Origin: Escherichia phage teqskov
Sequence record: NC_054934.1
Reading direction: 5' to 3' (one strand)
DNA: 64,000 bases
Part shown: in pieces, positions 38,665 through 52,159 of the stretch
Layout of the letters: each line of letters starts with the position of its first letter
Numbering within the stretch: position 1 is the first letter of the stretch
Made by a program: the position numbers and the translations under genes
The notes under the pieces: model-generated
Databases searched by the model: none
Told to the model about the DNA's origin: nothing
Seen by the model: the letters and a program-made list of their open reading frames with translations, nothing else

Positions 38665-39573
38665 ATGTTTAAACGTAAATCTACTGCTGAACTCGCTGCA
38701 CAAATGGCTAAACTGGCTGGAAATAAAGGTGGTTTTTCTTCTGAAGATAAAGGCGAGTGGAAACTGAAACTCGACAATGCGGGTAACGGTCAAGCAGTAA
38801 TTCGTTTTCTTCCGTCTAAAAATGATGAACAAGCACCGTTCGCAATTCTTGTAAATCACGGTTTCAAGAAAAATGGTAAATGGTATATTGAAAACTGTTC
38901 ATCTACCCACGGTGATTACGATTCTTGTCCAGTATGTCAGTACATCAATAAAAATGATTTGTACAACACTGACAATAAAGAATACGGTCTTGTTAAACGT
39001 AAAACTTCTTACTGGGCTAACATTCTTGTTGTAAAAGACCCAGCTGCTCCAGAAAATGAAGGTAAAGTATTTAAATACCGTTTCGGTAAGAAAATCTGGG
39101 ATAAAATCAATGCAATGATTGCAGTTGATGTTGAAATGGGTGAAACTCCGGTTGATGTAACTTGTCCGTGGGAAGGTGCTAACTTTGTACTGAAAGTTAA
39201 ACAAGTTTCTGGTTTTAGTAACTACGACGAATCTAAATTCCTGAATCAATCTGCGATTCCAAACATTGATGATGAATCTTTCCAGAAAGAACTGTTCGAA
39301 CAAATGGTTGACCTTTCTGAAATGACTTCTAAAGATAAATTCAAATCGTTTGAAGAACTGAGCACTAAGTTCAGTCAAGTTATGGGAACTGCTGCTATGG
39401 GTGGTGCCGCAGCAACTGCTGCTAAGAAAGCCGATAAAGTTGCTGATGATTTGGATGCATTCAATGTTGATGACTTCAAAACAAAAACTGAAGATGATTT
39501 TATGAGCTCAAGCTCTGGCAGTTCATCTAGTGCTGATGACACGGACCTGGATGACCTTTTGAATGACCTTTAA
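38665..39573 (+). CDS. 32: gp32 single-stranded DNA binding protein
   Basis: 302 aa; zinc-binding Cys/His region, acidic Ser-rich C-terminus; sequence recognised. Confidence 0.95.
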   Translation: MFKRKSTAELAAQMAKLAGNKGGFSSEDKGEWKLKLDNAGNGQAVIRFLPSKNDEQAPFAILVNHGFKKNGKWYIENCSSTHGDYDSCPVCQYINKNDLYNTDNKEYGLVKRKTSYWANILVVKDPAAPENEGKVFKYRFGKKIWDKINAMIAVDVEMGETPVDVTCPWEGANFVLKVKQVSGFSNYDESKFLNQSAIPNIDDESFQKELFEQMVDLSEMTSKDKFKSFEELSTKFSQVMGTAAMGGAAATAAKKADKVADDLDAFNVDDFKTKTEDDFMSSSSGSSSSADDTDLDDLLNDL

Positions 39574-39595
39574 TAGATTATATTACTAATTAATT

Positions 39596-39624
39596 GGGGA
39601 CCCTAGAGGTCCCCTTTTTTTTTT
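39596..39624 (+). terminator. rho-independent terminator
   Basis: GGGGACCCTAGAGGTCCCC followed by a 10-nt T-tract. Confidence 0.85.
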
Positions 39625-39687
39625 ATTTCAAAAATTTTTCACAGAACGGTTTACAACCAAAGCATACTGTGGTACTATACAACTATC
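39621..39687 (+). repeat. about 68-bp promoter cassette repeat, copy B
   Basis: Near-identical to 23243..23310. Confidence 0.8.
39649..39678 (+). promoter_or_regulatory. early promoter
   Basis: GTTTAC -35, 18-bp spacer, TGTGGTACTAT. Confidence 0.65.
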
Positions 39688-39721
39688 GGCAATACTGCTG
39701 ATGATTAAAGAGGAAAACAAT

Positions 39722-39952
39722 ATGGCTAAAGTTGATATTGACATCGTTGATTTTGAATATATTGAAGAAATTATTCGTAATCGTTATCCTGAACTTAGTA
39801 TCACAAGTATTCATGATGATCCCAATTATTGCAATTTTTCTATTGTTATTGAAGGTCCTTTAGAAGTTCTTGAACGATTTATGGCTAATGAATACTGTGA
39901 TGGTATGGATGCTGAAGATGCAGAATTTTACATGGGATTGATTGAACAGTAA
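39722..39952 (+). CDS. hypothetical acidic protein (76 aa)
   Basis: ATG at 39722 with AAAGAGGAAAA RBS. Confidence 0.5.
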   Translation: MAKVDIDIVDFEYIEEIIRNRYPELSITSIHDDPNYCNFSIVIEGPLEVLERFMANEYCDGMDAEDAEFYMGLIEQ

Positions 39953-39958
39953 TTATCG

Positions 39959-39975
39959 AGGGGCTATCAAGCCCC
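39959..39975 (+). terminator. possible hairpin (weak terminator)
   Basis: GGGGCTATCAAGCCCC stem-loop, poor T-tract. Confidence 0.35.
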
Positions 39976-39996
39976 TATTAAAATGAGGAAAACACA

Positions 39997-40359
39997 ATGT
40001 ATATTGATAAAAAGTACGAACTTGTTCCAAGACTTATTGATACATTTATTAATTATCGCCCGCGTTCTAATTCATTAATAGTTAAAGCTATTCAAGAAAA
40101 TGGCGGATGGTTTGAAGTTAAAGAAGTTTTCTTTGCTGATGGATTTAAAGTAGTAAAACACGTAGAATGCGCCAATGGAAAGCATTTTTACTTCAACGTC
40201 TGCGAAGATGAATTTCATTGTTTTCGTGAGTATAAAGAACCGACTTCTGAAGATGAAGTCGAAGACAAGGTTTCTGGCGTAACAAAAATTCACTGCATTG
40301 TTGACGAAAACAATGTAGATGAAATCATTGAACTTTTGCGAAAAACTTTCAAAAAGTAG
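39997..40359 (+). CDS. hypothetical protein (120 aa)
   Basis: ATG with GAGGAAAA RBS. Confidence 0.55.
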   Translation: MYIDKKYELVPRLIDTFINYRPRSNSLIVKAIQENGGWFEVKEVFFADGFKVVKHVECANGKHFYFNVCEDEFHCFREYKEPTSEDEVEDKVSGVTKIHCIVDENNVDEIIELLRKTFKK

Positions 40360-40389
40360 TTTACAGAAGGGTAGTAGTGTGATACTATT
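40359..40389 (+). promoter_or_regulatory. early promoter
   Basis: GTTTAC -35 overlapping upstream stop, 19-bp spacer, TGTGATACTAT. Confidence 0.55.
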
Positions 40390-40413
40390 ACCCTATCAAC
40401 TAAGGAGAATAAA

Positions 40414-40656
40414 ATGAGATTACAACGCCAGAGCATCAAAGATTCAGAAGTTAGAGGTAAATGGTATTTTAATATCATCGGTAAAGATTCTGAACTCGTT
40501 GAAAAAGCTGAACGTCTTTTGCGTGATATGGGATGGGAAGATGAATGCGATGGATGCCCTCTTTATGAGGATGGAGAAAGCGCAGGATTCTGGATTTACC
40601 ATTCTGATGTTGATCAGTTTAAAGCTGATTGGAAAACTGTGAAAAAGTCTGTTTGA
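40414..40656 (+). CDS. hypothetical protein (80 aa)
   Basis: ATG with AAGGAG RBS. Confidence 0.5.
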   Translation: MRLQRQSIKDSEVRGKWYFNIIGKDSELVEKAERLLRDMGWEDECDGCPLYEDGESAGFWIYHSDVDQFKADWKTVKKSV

Positions 40657-40666
40657 GGAAAATATT

Positions 40667-40999
40667 ATGTCTGACATTCATGTAACTGGAATTTCTCAAG
40701 TAAACATTCGCTGTCAATTTAAAACTGTACCTGGGGTGACTCATATTACTTTATCACATGACCCATATTCTCGTGGAAGACAGTTAACTGGGGTAATTAA
40801 GTTTTTCGGTGGAATTGGCGGTAATGAATTTACTATAGGCGATGACGAAATTGTTGGCTGTAAATTAAAAGTTCAGAAGGGTGTGCTAGAACTTTTTAAT
40901 GATGAAGTTTTTGATGAAATCTCACAAGCAGTTAACAAAGGAATGGTAACATTAGTTAAAATGATTAAAGCTAGTGGATATGTTCCTGATCCTTTTTAA
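40667..40999 (+). CDS. hypothetical protein (110 aa)
   Basis: ATG with GAGGAAAA RBS. Confidence 0.5.
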   Translation: MSDIHVTGISQVNIRCQFKTVPGVTHITLSHDPYSRGRQLTGVIKFFGGIGGNEFTIGDDEIVGCKLKVQKGVLELFNDEVFDEISQAVNKGMVTLVKMIKASGYVPDPF

Positions 41000-41010
41000 T
41001 AGGAGATAAT

Positions 41011-41840
<830 letters not shown>

Positions 41841-41860
41841 AATAACACGTGGCGGAAAAT

Positions 41861-42208
41861 ATGAATTTTAATTATTACCCTATTCTATTAGAAAAAGACG
41901 CGAAACAACCAAAATGGCAGGGTCCTCAGTTTATTAAAGGCGTCTATCAATTAGTAGTTCCTAAAGACAAGATTTATAGCAGTTGTTTCACTGAATCCGC
42001 TTGTAGTATTTTCGGTAATAGTTCTCCGTATTGGAATTTTGATATAAAGCTTGACAGAAATATCGATATTTGGTTGAAAGCTATGGATATCGGCAATATC
42101 ACGTTTGATGAGAATAATTATCATATTATTGGTCGCTTTTCCAAGCGTGGTAAAGAATTGTATTTTACGCCTGAAATTGAAAGAAAATTTGATGCTAAAC
42201 CGTATTGA
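41861..42208 (+). CDS. hypothetical protein (115 aa) inserted between frd and td
   Basis: ATG at 41861; no recognised motif; frd and td abut in T4 as I recall. Confidence 0.5.
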   Translation: MNFNYYPILLEKDAKQPKWQGPQFIKGVYQLVVPKDKIYSSCFTESACSIFGNSSPYWNFDIKLDRNIDIWLKAMDIGNITFDENNYHIIGRFSKRGKELYFTPEIERKFDAKPY

Positions 42209-42252
42209 TTATTAGCTTCATAAAATGTATTATAATTTATATAAGGTACTAA

Positions 42253-43113
42253 ATGAAACAATACCAAGATTTAATTAAAGACATTTTTGAAAATGGCTAT
42301 GAAACTGATGACCGAACAGGCACAGGAACAATTGCTTTGTTCGGTACTAAATTACGCTGGGATTTAACTAAAGGTTTTCCTGCAGTAACGACTAAGAAGC
42401 TCGCCTGGAATGCATGTATTTCTGAGTTATTGTGGTTCTTATCAGGAAGTACTAACGTAAATGATTTACGTCAACGTACTCATGGATCTTTAATTTCAGG
42501 AAAAACAATTTGGGATGAAAACTACGAAAACCAGGCCAAAGACTTAGGTTATCATAGCGGTGAACTTGGTCCAATTTACGGAAAACAGTGGCGTGATTTT
42601 GGTGGTGTAGATCAAATTGTAGAAGTTGTTAATCGTATTAAAACATTTCCCAACGATAGGCGTCAAATTGTGTCGGCATGGAATCCAGCTGAACTCAAGC
42701 AGATGGCATTACCTCCTTGTCATATGTTCTATCAGTTTAATGTGCGTAACGGATACCTTGACCTCCAATGGTATCAACGTTCGGTAGATGTTTTCCTCGG
42801 TCTTCCATTTAACATCGCGAGTTATGCTGCTCTTTTGCATATTGTTGCTGACATGTGTGAACTAGTTCCGGGCGATTTGGTATTCTCGGGTGGTAATACA
42901 CACATTTATTCTAACCATATTGAGCAATGCAAAGAGATATTAAATAGAACTCCTATGGATCTATGCAAACTCAGTATTAATTGGCCTAATGGATTCAGTC
43001 AATGCGATACTGAAACTCAAATGTATTGGTTAACTGAATATATGACAGCACGGGATTTCGTTCTCAAAGATTATCAGTCCCACGGTGTATTGAAAGGAAA
43101 GATGGCGGTGTAA
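42253..43113 (+). CDS. td: thymidylate synthase (uninterrupted)
   Basis: 286 aa continuous ORF; TS active-site region (PPCH...); no intron. Confidence 0.93.
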   Translation: MKQYQDLIKDIFENGYETDDRTGTGTIALFGTKLRWDLTKGFPAVTTKKLAWNACISELLWFLSGSTNVNDLRQRTHGSLISGKTIWDENYENQAKDLGYHSGELGPIYGKQWRDFGGVDQIVEVVNRIKTFPNDRRQIVSAWNPAELKQMALPPCHMFYQFNVRNGYLDLQWYQRSVDVFLGLPFNIASYAALLHIVADMCELVPGDLVFSGGNTHIYSNHIEQCKEILNRTPMDLCKLSINWPNGFSQCDTETQMYWLTEYMTARDFVLKDYQSHGVLKGKMAV

Positions 43114-43136
43114 TTTTAATTTAATTGAGAGGATAT

Positions 43137-43400
43137 ATGATTTTACGATTTAAGGATACTTCTGGTGTCGTTCTTTTTACACTTCCTAATCCAAGCGAGT
43201 TAGAAGTTCCAGGACCAGAACAGCCTATTATAATTTATGGTAAAAAATATTATACTCATAAAATGACTCGTGAGTATTTTGATAATAAAATTTCTACAGT
43301 TAAAACTTCTTCTGATTGTTATTATGATATTACTGTTTTAACGGAAAAACAATATGACGAATTATTACCACGCGGGCCGTCTATGTCGGGTAGTGAATAA
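43137..43400 (+). CDS. hypothetical protein (87 aa)
   Basis: ATG at 43137 with GAGAGGA RBS. Confidence 0.45.
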   Translation: MILRFKDTSGVVLFTLPNPSELEVPGPEQPIIIYGKKYYTHKMTREYFDNKISTVKTSSDCYYDITVLTEKQYDELLPRGPSMSGSE

Positions 43401-43680
43401 ATATAAATCCGACTTTGATGTTAATATTCACCGTGGTACATTTTGGGGAAATTACGTCGGTAAAGATGCTGGCAGCCGGGAGGCTGCCATTGAATTATTC
43501 AAAAAAGATTTTATACGTCGAATTAAATCCGGAGAAATAACTAAAGCACATTTAGAGCCTTTACGTGGAATGAGGCTAGGATGCACATGTAAACCAAAGC
43601 CGTGTCATGGTGATATAATAGCTCATATAGTTAACCGATTGTTTAAAGACGATTTTCAAGTTGAGGACTTATGCAATTAA
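43354..43680 (+). CDS. DUF4326-like protein (108 aa)
   Basis: WGNY...[15 protein letters not shown] resembles the GNP/CHA signature I recall for DUF4326; overlaps upstream ORF by 47 nt. Confidence 0.45.
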   Translation: MTNYYHAGRLCRVVNKYKSDFDVNIHRGTFWGNYVGKDAGSREAAIELFKKDFIRRIKSGEITKAHLEPLRGMRLGCTCKPKPCHGDIIAHIVNRLFKDDFQVEDLCN

Positions 43681-45935
43681 TTAATGTTATCAAAAGTAGT
43701 GGTGTTTCTCAGAGCTTTGACCCGCAAAAAATTATTAAAGTTTTATCTTGGGCAGCCGAAGGAACATCTGTAGATCCTTATGAATTATATGAAAATATTA
43801 AATCATATCTCCGTGATGGAATGACCACTGATGACATTCAAACCATTGTAATTAAGGCTGCTGCGAATTCTATTTCAGTTGAAGAGCCTGATTATCAATA
43901 TGTAGCTGCACGCTGTTTAATGTTTGCTCTTCGTAAGCATGTTTACGGACAATATGAACCACGTTCATTTATTGACCATATTTCTTACTGTGTAAATGAA
44001 GGTAAATATGACCCTGAACTGCTGTCAAAATATTCAGCAGAAGAAATTACATTTTTAGAATCAAAAATTAAGCACGAGCGGGATATGGAATTTACTTATT
44101 CCGGGGCGATGCAATTAAAAGAAAAATATCTCGTTAAAGATAAAACCACTGGTCAAATTTATGAAACTCCGCAGTTTGCATTTATGACTATTGGAATGGC
44201 ATTGCATCAAGATGAACCTGTTGATAGACTAAAACACGTTATTCGTTTTTATGAAGCGGTATCTACTCGACAGATTTCATTACCAACTCCTATTATGGCT
44301 GGCTGTCGTACTCCGACTCGACAGTTTAGTTCATGTGTTGTTATTGAGGCAGGTGATTCGCTGAAGTCTATCAATAAGGCTTCCGCTTCAATTGTTGAAT
44401 ATATCTCCAAACGCGCTGGAATTGGTATTAACGTTGGTATGATTCGTGCCGAAGGTTCTAAGATTGGTACAGGTGAAGTACGTCATACTGGTGTTATTCC
44501 TTTTTGGAAACATTTTCAGACTGCTGTTAAATCATGCTCACAGGGTGGAATTCGTGGCGGCGCTGCTACTGCTTATTATCCTATTTGGCATTTGGAAGTT
44601 GAAAATCTTCTCGTTTTGAAAAATAACAAAGGCGTAGAAGAAAACCGTATTCGTCATATGGATTATGGCGTTCAACTGAATGACCTAATGATGGAACGTT
44701 TTGGAAAGAACGACTACATTACTTTGTTCAGTCCACATGAAATGGGTGGTGAGCTTTATTATTCTTATTTTAAAGACCAAGACCGTTTCCGTGAATTATA
44801 TGAAGCCGCAGAAAAAGACCCTAATATTCGTAAAAAGCGTATTAAAGCCCGTGAACTGTTTGAATTGCTAATGACTGAACGCTCAGGAACAGCAAGGATT
44901 TATGTACAGTTCATTGATAATACGAATAACTATACTCCATTTATTCGTGAAAAGGCACCTATTCGTCAGAGCAACTTGTGTTGTGAAATTGCTATTCCAA
45001 CAAATGACGTGAATAGTCCTGATGCTGAAATTGGATTGTGTACGTTATCTGCATTTGTGTTAGATAACTTTGATTGGCAAGACCAAGATAAAATTAATGA
45101 ATTGGCAGAAGTTCAAGTTCGTGCTCTTGATAATCTTTTGGACTACCAAGGATATCCAGTTCCTGAAGCAGAAAAAGCTAAAAAGCGTCGAAACCTCGGC
45201 GTAGGTGTTACTAACTATGCAGCTTGGCTGGCAAGTAATTTTGCTTCTTATGAAGATGCTAACGATTTAACACATGAACTATTTGAGAGATTGCAGTATG
45301 GACTCATTAAAGCATCCATTAAGCTCGCCAAAGAAAAAGGACCTTGCGAATATTATTCAGACACTCGTTGGTCTCGAGGCGAATTACCTATCGACTGGTA
45401 CAATAAAAAGATTGACCAAATCGCAGCTCCAAAATACGTTTGTGACTGGTCGTCGCTGCGGGAAGACCTTAAGCTCTTTGGCATCCGTAATAGCACATTA
45501 TCAGCACTTATGCCATGTGAGTCATCTTCCCAAGTTTCTAACAGTACAAACGGTATCGAGCCTCCACGTGGACCAGTCTCTGTTAAAGAATCAAAAGAGG
45601 GTTCCTTTAATCAAGTCGTGCCCAATATTGAGCATAACATAGACCTCTATGATTATACGTGGAAATTAGCTAAGAAAGGTAATAAACCTTATCTTACGCA
45701 GGTAGCTATTATGCTGAAATGGGTATGTCAATCAGCTTCAGCGAATACATATTATGACCCGCAGATTTTTCCAAAAGGAAAGGTTCCAATGTCAATAATG
45801 ATTGATGACCTTTTGTATTTTTGGTATTTTGGCGGAAAAAATTTCTATTATCATAATACCCGCGATGGTTCTGGTACTGATGATTATGAAATAGAAACTC
45901 CAAAAGCTGAAGATTGTTCATCCTGTAAATTATGA
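43671..45935 (+). CDS. nrdA: ribonucleotide reductase large subunit NrdA
   Basis: 754 aa (T4 NrdA length); sequence recognised. Confidence 0.93.
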   Translation: MQLINVIKSSGVSQSFDPQKIIKVLSWAAEGTSVDPYELYENIKSYLRDGMTTDDIQTIVIKAAANSISVEEPDYQYVAARCLMFALRKHVYGQYEPRSFIDHISYCVNEGKYDPELLSKYSAEEITFLESKIKHERDMEFTYSGAMQLKEKYLVKDKTTGQIYETPQFAFMTIGMALHQDEPVDRLKHVIRFYEAVSTRQISLPTPIMAGCRTPTRQFSSCVVIEAGDSLKSINKASASIVEYISKRAGIGINVGMIRAEGSKIGTGEVRHTGVIPFWKHFQTAVKSCSQGGIRGGAATAYYPIWHLEVENLLVLKNNKGVEENRIRHMDYGVQLNDLMMERFGKNDYITLFSPHEMGGELYYSYFKDQDRFRELYEAAEKDPNIRKKRIKARELFELLMTERSGTARIYVQFIDNTNNYTPFIREKAPIRQSNLCCEIAIPTNDVNSPDAEIGLCTLSAFVLDNFDWQDQDKINELAEVQVRALDNLLDYQGYPVPEAEKAKKRRNLGVGVTNYAAWLASNFASYEDANDLTHELFERLQYGLIKASIKLAKEKGPCEYYSDTRWSRGELPIDWYNKKIDQIAAPKYVCDWSSLREDLKLFGIRNSTLSALMPCESSSQVSNSTNGIEPPRGPVSVKESKEGSFNQVVPNIEHNIDLYDYTWKLAKKGNKPYLTQVAIMLKWVCQSASANTYYDPQIFPKGKVPMSIMIDDLLYFWYFGGKNFYYHNTRDGSGTDDYEIETPKAEDCSSCKL

Positions 45936-45986
45936 TATAATTTGACTCACGGACGAGTCACTATCTATTAACTAAGCGGAAAATTT

Positions 45987-47156
45987 ATGAGCACAGTTTT
46001 TAATACAAATCCAGTTGATGTTTTAAAAGAACCTATGTTCTTCGGTTCAGGTCTTGGTATTGCGCGTTATGATATTCAACGCCATAAAGTTTTTGAAGAT
46101 TTAACCGAAAAGCAATTATCATTTTTCTGGCGTCCTGAAGAAGTAAACTTGATGATGGATGCTGCACAATTTAACAAGCTTCCTCAGTATCAGCAAGATA
46201 TTTTTACTAATAACCTGAAGTATCAATCACTTCTAGATAGCATTCAGGGTCGTGCACCGTCTGCTGTACTTATGTCATTAATTTCAGATCCAAGCCTTGA
46301 TACATGGGTTGCTACATGGACTTTTAGCGAAACTATTCACAGTCGTTCATATACTCATATCATGCGAAATCTTTATACTGATCCATCAAAGGTATTTGAT
46401 GAGATTGTATTAGATAAAGCTATCATGAAACGTGCTGAATCTATTGGTCGTTATTATGATGACGTTCTAGTTAAGACTCGTGAATATCAGAATGCGGTTG
46501 AAGATTATGAAGGAATTTTATCAGAAGGATTTCGTAAAGAAGAGCTAGGCAAAGTTGTTGAATGTACTAAACGAGCACTAATGAAATCTCTTTACCTCTG
46601 CCTGCACGTAATCAACGCATTGGAAGCTATTCGTTTTTATGTATCTTTCGCATGTACCTTTAACTTCCATAAGAACATGGAAATCATGGAAGGTAATGCC
46701 AAGATTATGAAGTTCATTGCACGTGATGAGCAGCTTCACCTTAAAGGCACCCAATATATTATTCGTCAACTTCAACTTGGCACTGATGGTGATGAATGGG
46801 TTAAAATTGCTCAAGAGTGTGAACAAGAAGCAGTTGATATTTTCATGGAAGTTAACCGTCAAGAAAAAGACTGGGCAGTTCATTTATTTAAAGATGGCGA
46901 TGTTCCTGGATTAAATACAAATAGCATGTGGAGCTTTATTGATTACTTAACTGTATCTCGTATGAAACAGTGTGGTCTTCCATGCCCAATTACTGATGCT
47001 CCGGTTAAACATCCGTATCCTTGGATTCGTGAATATCTTAATTCTGATAATGTTCAATCTGCACCGCAAGAAGTAGAACTGTCATCTTATCTTGTAGCAC
47101 AGATTGATAATGACGTTGATGATAAAGTTATGATGAGTTTTAAAAAATATTTTTAA
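45987..47156 (+). CDS. nrdB: ribonucleotide reductase small subunit NrdB (uninterrupted)
   Basis: 389 aa continuous ORF; no intron or I-TevIII-type ORF. Confidence 0.92.
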   Translation: MSTVFNTNPVDVLKEPMFFGSGLGIARYDIQRHKVFEDLTEKQLSFFWRPEEVNLMMDAAQFNKLPQYQQDIFTNNLKYQSLLDSIQGRAPSAVLMSLISDPSLDTWVATWTFSETIHSRSYTHIMRNLYTDPSKVFDEIVLDKAIMKRAESIGRYYDDVLVKTREYQNAVEDYEGILSEGFRKEELGKVVECTKRALMKSLYLCLHVINALEAIRFYVSFACTFNFHKNMEIMEGNAKIMKFIARDEQLHLKGTQYIIRQLQLGTDGDEWVKIAQECEQEAVDIFMEVNRQEKDWAVHLFKDGDVPGLNTNSMWSFIDYLTVSRMKQCGLPCPITDAPVKHPYPWIREYLNSDNVQSAPQEVELSSYLVAQIDNDVDDKVMMSFKKYF

Positions 47157-47160
47157 GGAG

Positions 47161-47183
47161 TGGGCCGCAAGGCCCATTTTATT
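47161..47183 (+). terminator. rho-independent terminator
   Basis: TGGGCCGCAAGGCCCA followed by TTTTATT, overlapping denA start. Confidence 0.65.
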
Positions 47184-48771
<1,588 letters not shown>

Positions 48772-48774
48772 GCT

Positions 48775-48804
48775 GTTTACAAGTCCCTCGTGTTGTGTTA
48801 CAGT
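48775..48804 (+). promoter_or_regulatory. early promoter
   Basis: GTTTAC -35, 18-bp spacer, TACAGT; spacer complementary to the alc SD region. Confidence 0.5.
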
Positions 48805-48835
48805 AGTCTTACTGACATAACATGAGGACTTTATG

Positions 48836-49339
48836 ATGGATTTACAGCTTATTACTACTGAAATGGTCGTTGAAGCATACGGTGATACTACAGATGGGAT
48901 TTCTGTATTTAAAGGAAATCGTCGAGTTGGATATATCACCGATCTTAAGAAAGATTTAGCTAAGCAAGTCAAGCGGAAAACGACCATTAAAGAATATCGA
49001 AATCGTCGTCTTGAGCAAGCCCGTGATATGCTTCCTGATGCAGTTGAGGAGATGAAAGTCTTTTTAGAAAATCAGCTTGCGAAATATGATTGTGATGTGT
49101 TCATTAATCAGACTCAACCTAATGTTCATATTAACAACTGTAAATGCTATATCATCGTTAATCCTTTGACGGGAAAACATCGTCTTGGAATTAGTAATCC
49201 AAATCGTAGCGCATCAGATATGGCAGAAGATGTTGAGGCATGCTTTAAAATTTCTAAATCTCCTGCTGAACATCATATTTTAATTAACGGTCTTTCTCAA
49301 GACGATATTATAGAGGTTATTAAAACTTTATGCAATTAA
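48836..49339 (+). CDS. alc: Alc (host transcription unfolding/termination) protein
   Basis: 167 aa from second ATG (T4 Alc length); position after rnlA. Confidence 0.6.
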   Translation: MDLQLITTEMVVEAYGDTTDGISVFKGNRRVGYITDLKKDLAKQVKRKTTIKEYRNRRLEQARDMLPDAVEEMKVFLENQLAKYDCDVFINQTQPNVHINNCKCYIIVNPLTGKHRLGISNPNRSASDMAEDVEACFKISKSPAEHHILINGLSQDDIIEVIKTLCN

Positions 49340-49683
49340 GTAATACGACAGCAGGCTTGCTATTAATTGTAATTGCATTGGGCGGAACTTCTTTAATTTT
49401 AAAAAATAAAATTGAAAGATTAGAAACGTCTGTTGTAGAAATTACAAAAACGGCCAATGAAAACGCTTTAGCATTAAATAATTTGCGAATTCAGTATAAT
49501 TATATTGATGCGATGAATAATAAAAATCGTGAGGCAATTGCTGCTATTGAGCGTGAAAATGAAAAACTGCGCAAAGACGCAAAGAAGGCGGATGTGGTGG
49601 CTCATAAGCCAGGATTGGTTGAAAAACAAATCAACAACTCCTTCAACAAGTTCGCAGAAGACATCCAGGACCTTTCTAAATGA
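49330..49683 (+). CDS. i-spanin (inner membrane spanin subunit)
   Basis: N-terminal TM helix then coiled-coil-rich periplasmic region; immediately followed by a lipoprotein gene. Confidence 0.7.
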   Translation: MQLSNTTAGLLLIVIALGGTSLILKNKIERLETSVVEITKTANENALALNNLRIQYNYIDAMNNKNREAIAAIERENEKLRKDAKKADVVAHKPGLVEKQINNSFNKFAEDIQDLSK

Positions 49684-49979
49684 TTAAACTATCAACAGTA
49701 ATATTATCTATTGGTCTTCTAGTTGGTTGTTCGACAAAGCCTCTAGAAGTAAAGAAAGAAACAGTTCATCCTAATTGGCCTGTACAAATAAAGTCATATG
49801 ATGAAGCTAAACTATCTTGGCAAGTTAAAGTTATTGATGGTAAAGCTTGGGTCGGTATGCCATTTGAAGATTCCCAGGAATTTCGCATTTGGCTTAATGA
49901 TGTAAAACGATATGTACATGATCAGAAAACTATGATATGTTATTATCGTCAAGAGTTAAAAGAGGATAAATGCAAATGA
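49680..49979 (+). CDS. o-spanin (outer membrane lipoprotein spanin subunit)
   Basis: Signal peptide with lipobox LVGC; ATGA overlap with i-spanin stop. Confidence 0.7.
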   Translation: MIKLSTVILSIGLLVGCSTKPLEVKKETVHPNWPVQIKSYDEAKLSWQVKVIDGKAWVGMPFEDSQEFRIWLNDVKRYVHDQKTMICYYRQELKEDKCK

Positions 49980-50200
49980 TTTCATGGCATCAATTTGAAC
50001 ATCTCAAAGGATTGATTTATGAATCCGAGATGGCTGCAATGATTTATGGACGCCAGATTCAACGGTTAGAATCTTTACCTCCAACTAATGATGTTTTATT
50101 AGCTCAATCTCGGGCTAATCTTAAAAATGAATACCAAAATAAGTGGGGTAAAGCATCTAAAGACTTGCATGATTATATTCAATCATTGGTTGAGAAATAA
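49970..50200 (+). CDS. hypothetical protein (76 aa)
   Basis: ATG overlapping previous gene end. Confidence 0.5.
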   Translation: MQMISWHQFEHLKGLIYESEMAAMIYGRQIQRLESLPPTNDVLLAQSRANLKNEYQNKWGKASKDLHDYIQSLVEK

Positions 50201-50203
50201 TAA

Positions 50204-51428
<1,225 letters not shown>

Positions 51429-51429
<1 letters not shown>

Positions 51430-51626
51430 TGGCGTGGCATCATGAAACTTGGTCTATTGTTATTGTAAATAGTGGTTTAGTCGGTACTAGTAATGGGCAA
51501 TTTTGTGTATTCACTAGTGAAATCAGAGCATGGGAGGAATGTCTTAAATTAAGAGAAAAGAATCCCGATGTTGAACTAACAGTAAAGAAAACTAAACTGC
51601 CTTTACCATGGAAAACTTATGAATAA
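51429..51626 (+). CDS. hypothetical protein (65 aa)
   Basis: ATG at 51429 overlapping pseT stop. Confidence 0.45.
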
Positions 51627-51819
51627 CCTAGAAAAGATTTATCGTCTTTGTGATAAAATTGAAAAAGAAAAGAAATATCTATTTTGTCTATGGCCTATTG
51701 TTAACGGAAGATTAGGCTTAGATGTTCTTGATTATGAAACAGAAGACAAAGTAGATGGTTCAACTTTTGATAATGCGTTGGATGTTATTGATTGGCTTGA
51801 AGAAAATTATGTGAGGTAA
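51619..51819 (+). CDS. hypothetical protein (66 aa)
   Basis: ATG overlapping previous gene end. Confidence 0.45.
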   Translation: MNNLEKIYRLCDKIEKEKKYLFCLWPIVNGRLGLDVLDYETEDKVDGSTFDNALDVIDWLEENYVR

Positions 51820-51821
51820 AT

Positions 51822-52097
51822 ATGTTTCCGACTTATTCTAAAATCGTAGAAGTAGTGTTTAGTCAAATTATCGCTAATAATATGTTTGAAAAGCTTGATA
51901 ACGCAGCCGAGCTTCGAATTCATGCTCAAGTGACTCATGTATTGAATACTTTGCTTCCAGACCAAGTGGATTCTATTGCAATTACGTTGTATCCAGGTTC
52001 AGCGCATATCATTGTTGTATTCGGTCTTGATGCTGAGTTAGTTATCAAAGGCGACATTCGTTTTGAATCGCAGACAGCAGAATTCAAAGCAATTTAA
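51822..52097 (+). CDS. hypothetical protein (91 aa)
   Basis: ATG with GAGG RBS. Confidence 0.5.
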   Translation: MFPTYSKIVEVVFSQIIANNMFEKLDNAAELRIHAQVTHVLNTLLPDQVDSIAITLYPGSAHIIVVFGLDAELVIKGDIRFESQTAEFKAI

Positions 52098-52099
52098 TA

Positions 52100-52129
52100 G
52101 TTTACTTTACGGTAGAGTTGTGATATTAT
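52100..52129 (+). promoter_or_regulatory. early promoter
   Basis: GTTTAC -35, 18-bp spacer, TATTAT; -10 flanked by inverted repeat GGTAGAG/CTCTACC. Confidence 0.55.
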
Positions 52130-52159
52130 AGCTCTACCAAAACAAACGAGGAAATTGAA

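Noticed and set aside
38899-39378. 159-aa minus-strand ORF inside gene 32
   Set aside because: Antisense to gp32, whose identity is not in doubt; Phe/Asn-rich artefactual translation.
42253-43113. Looked for a group I intron or I-TevI-type GIY-YIG ORF in td, and likewise in nrdB
   Set aside because: Both genes are continuous full-length frames with no inserted sequence.
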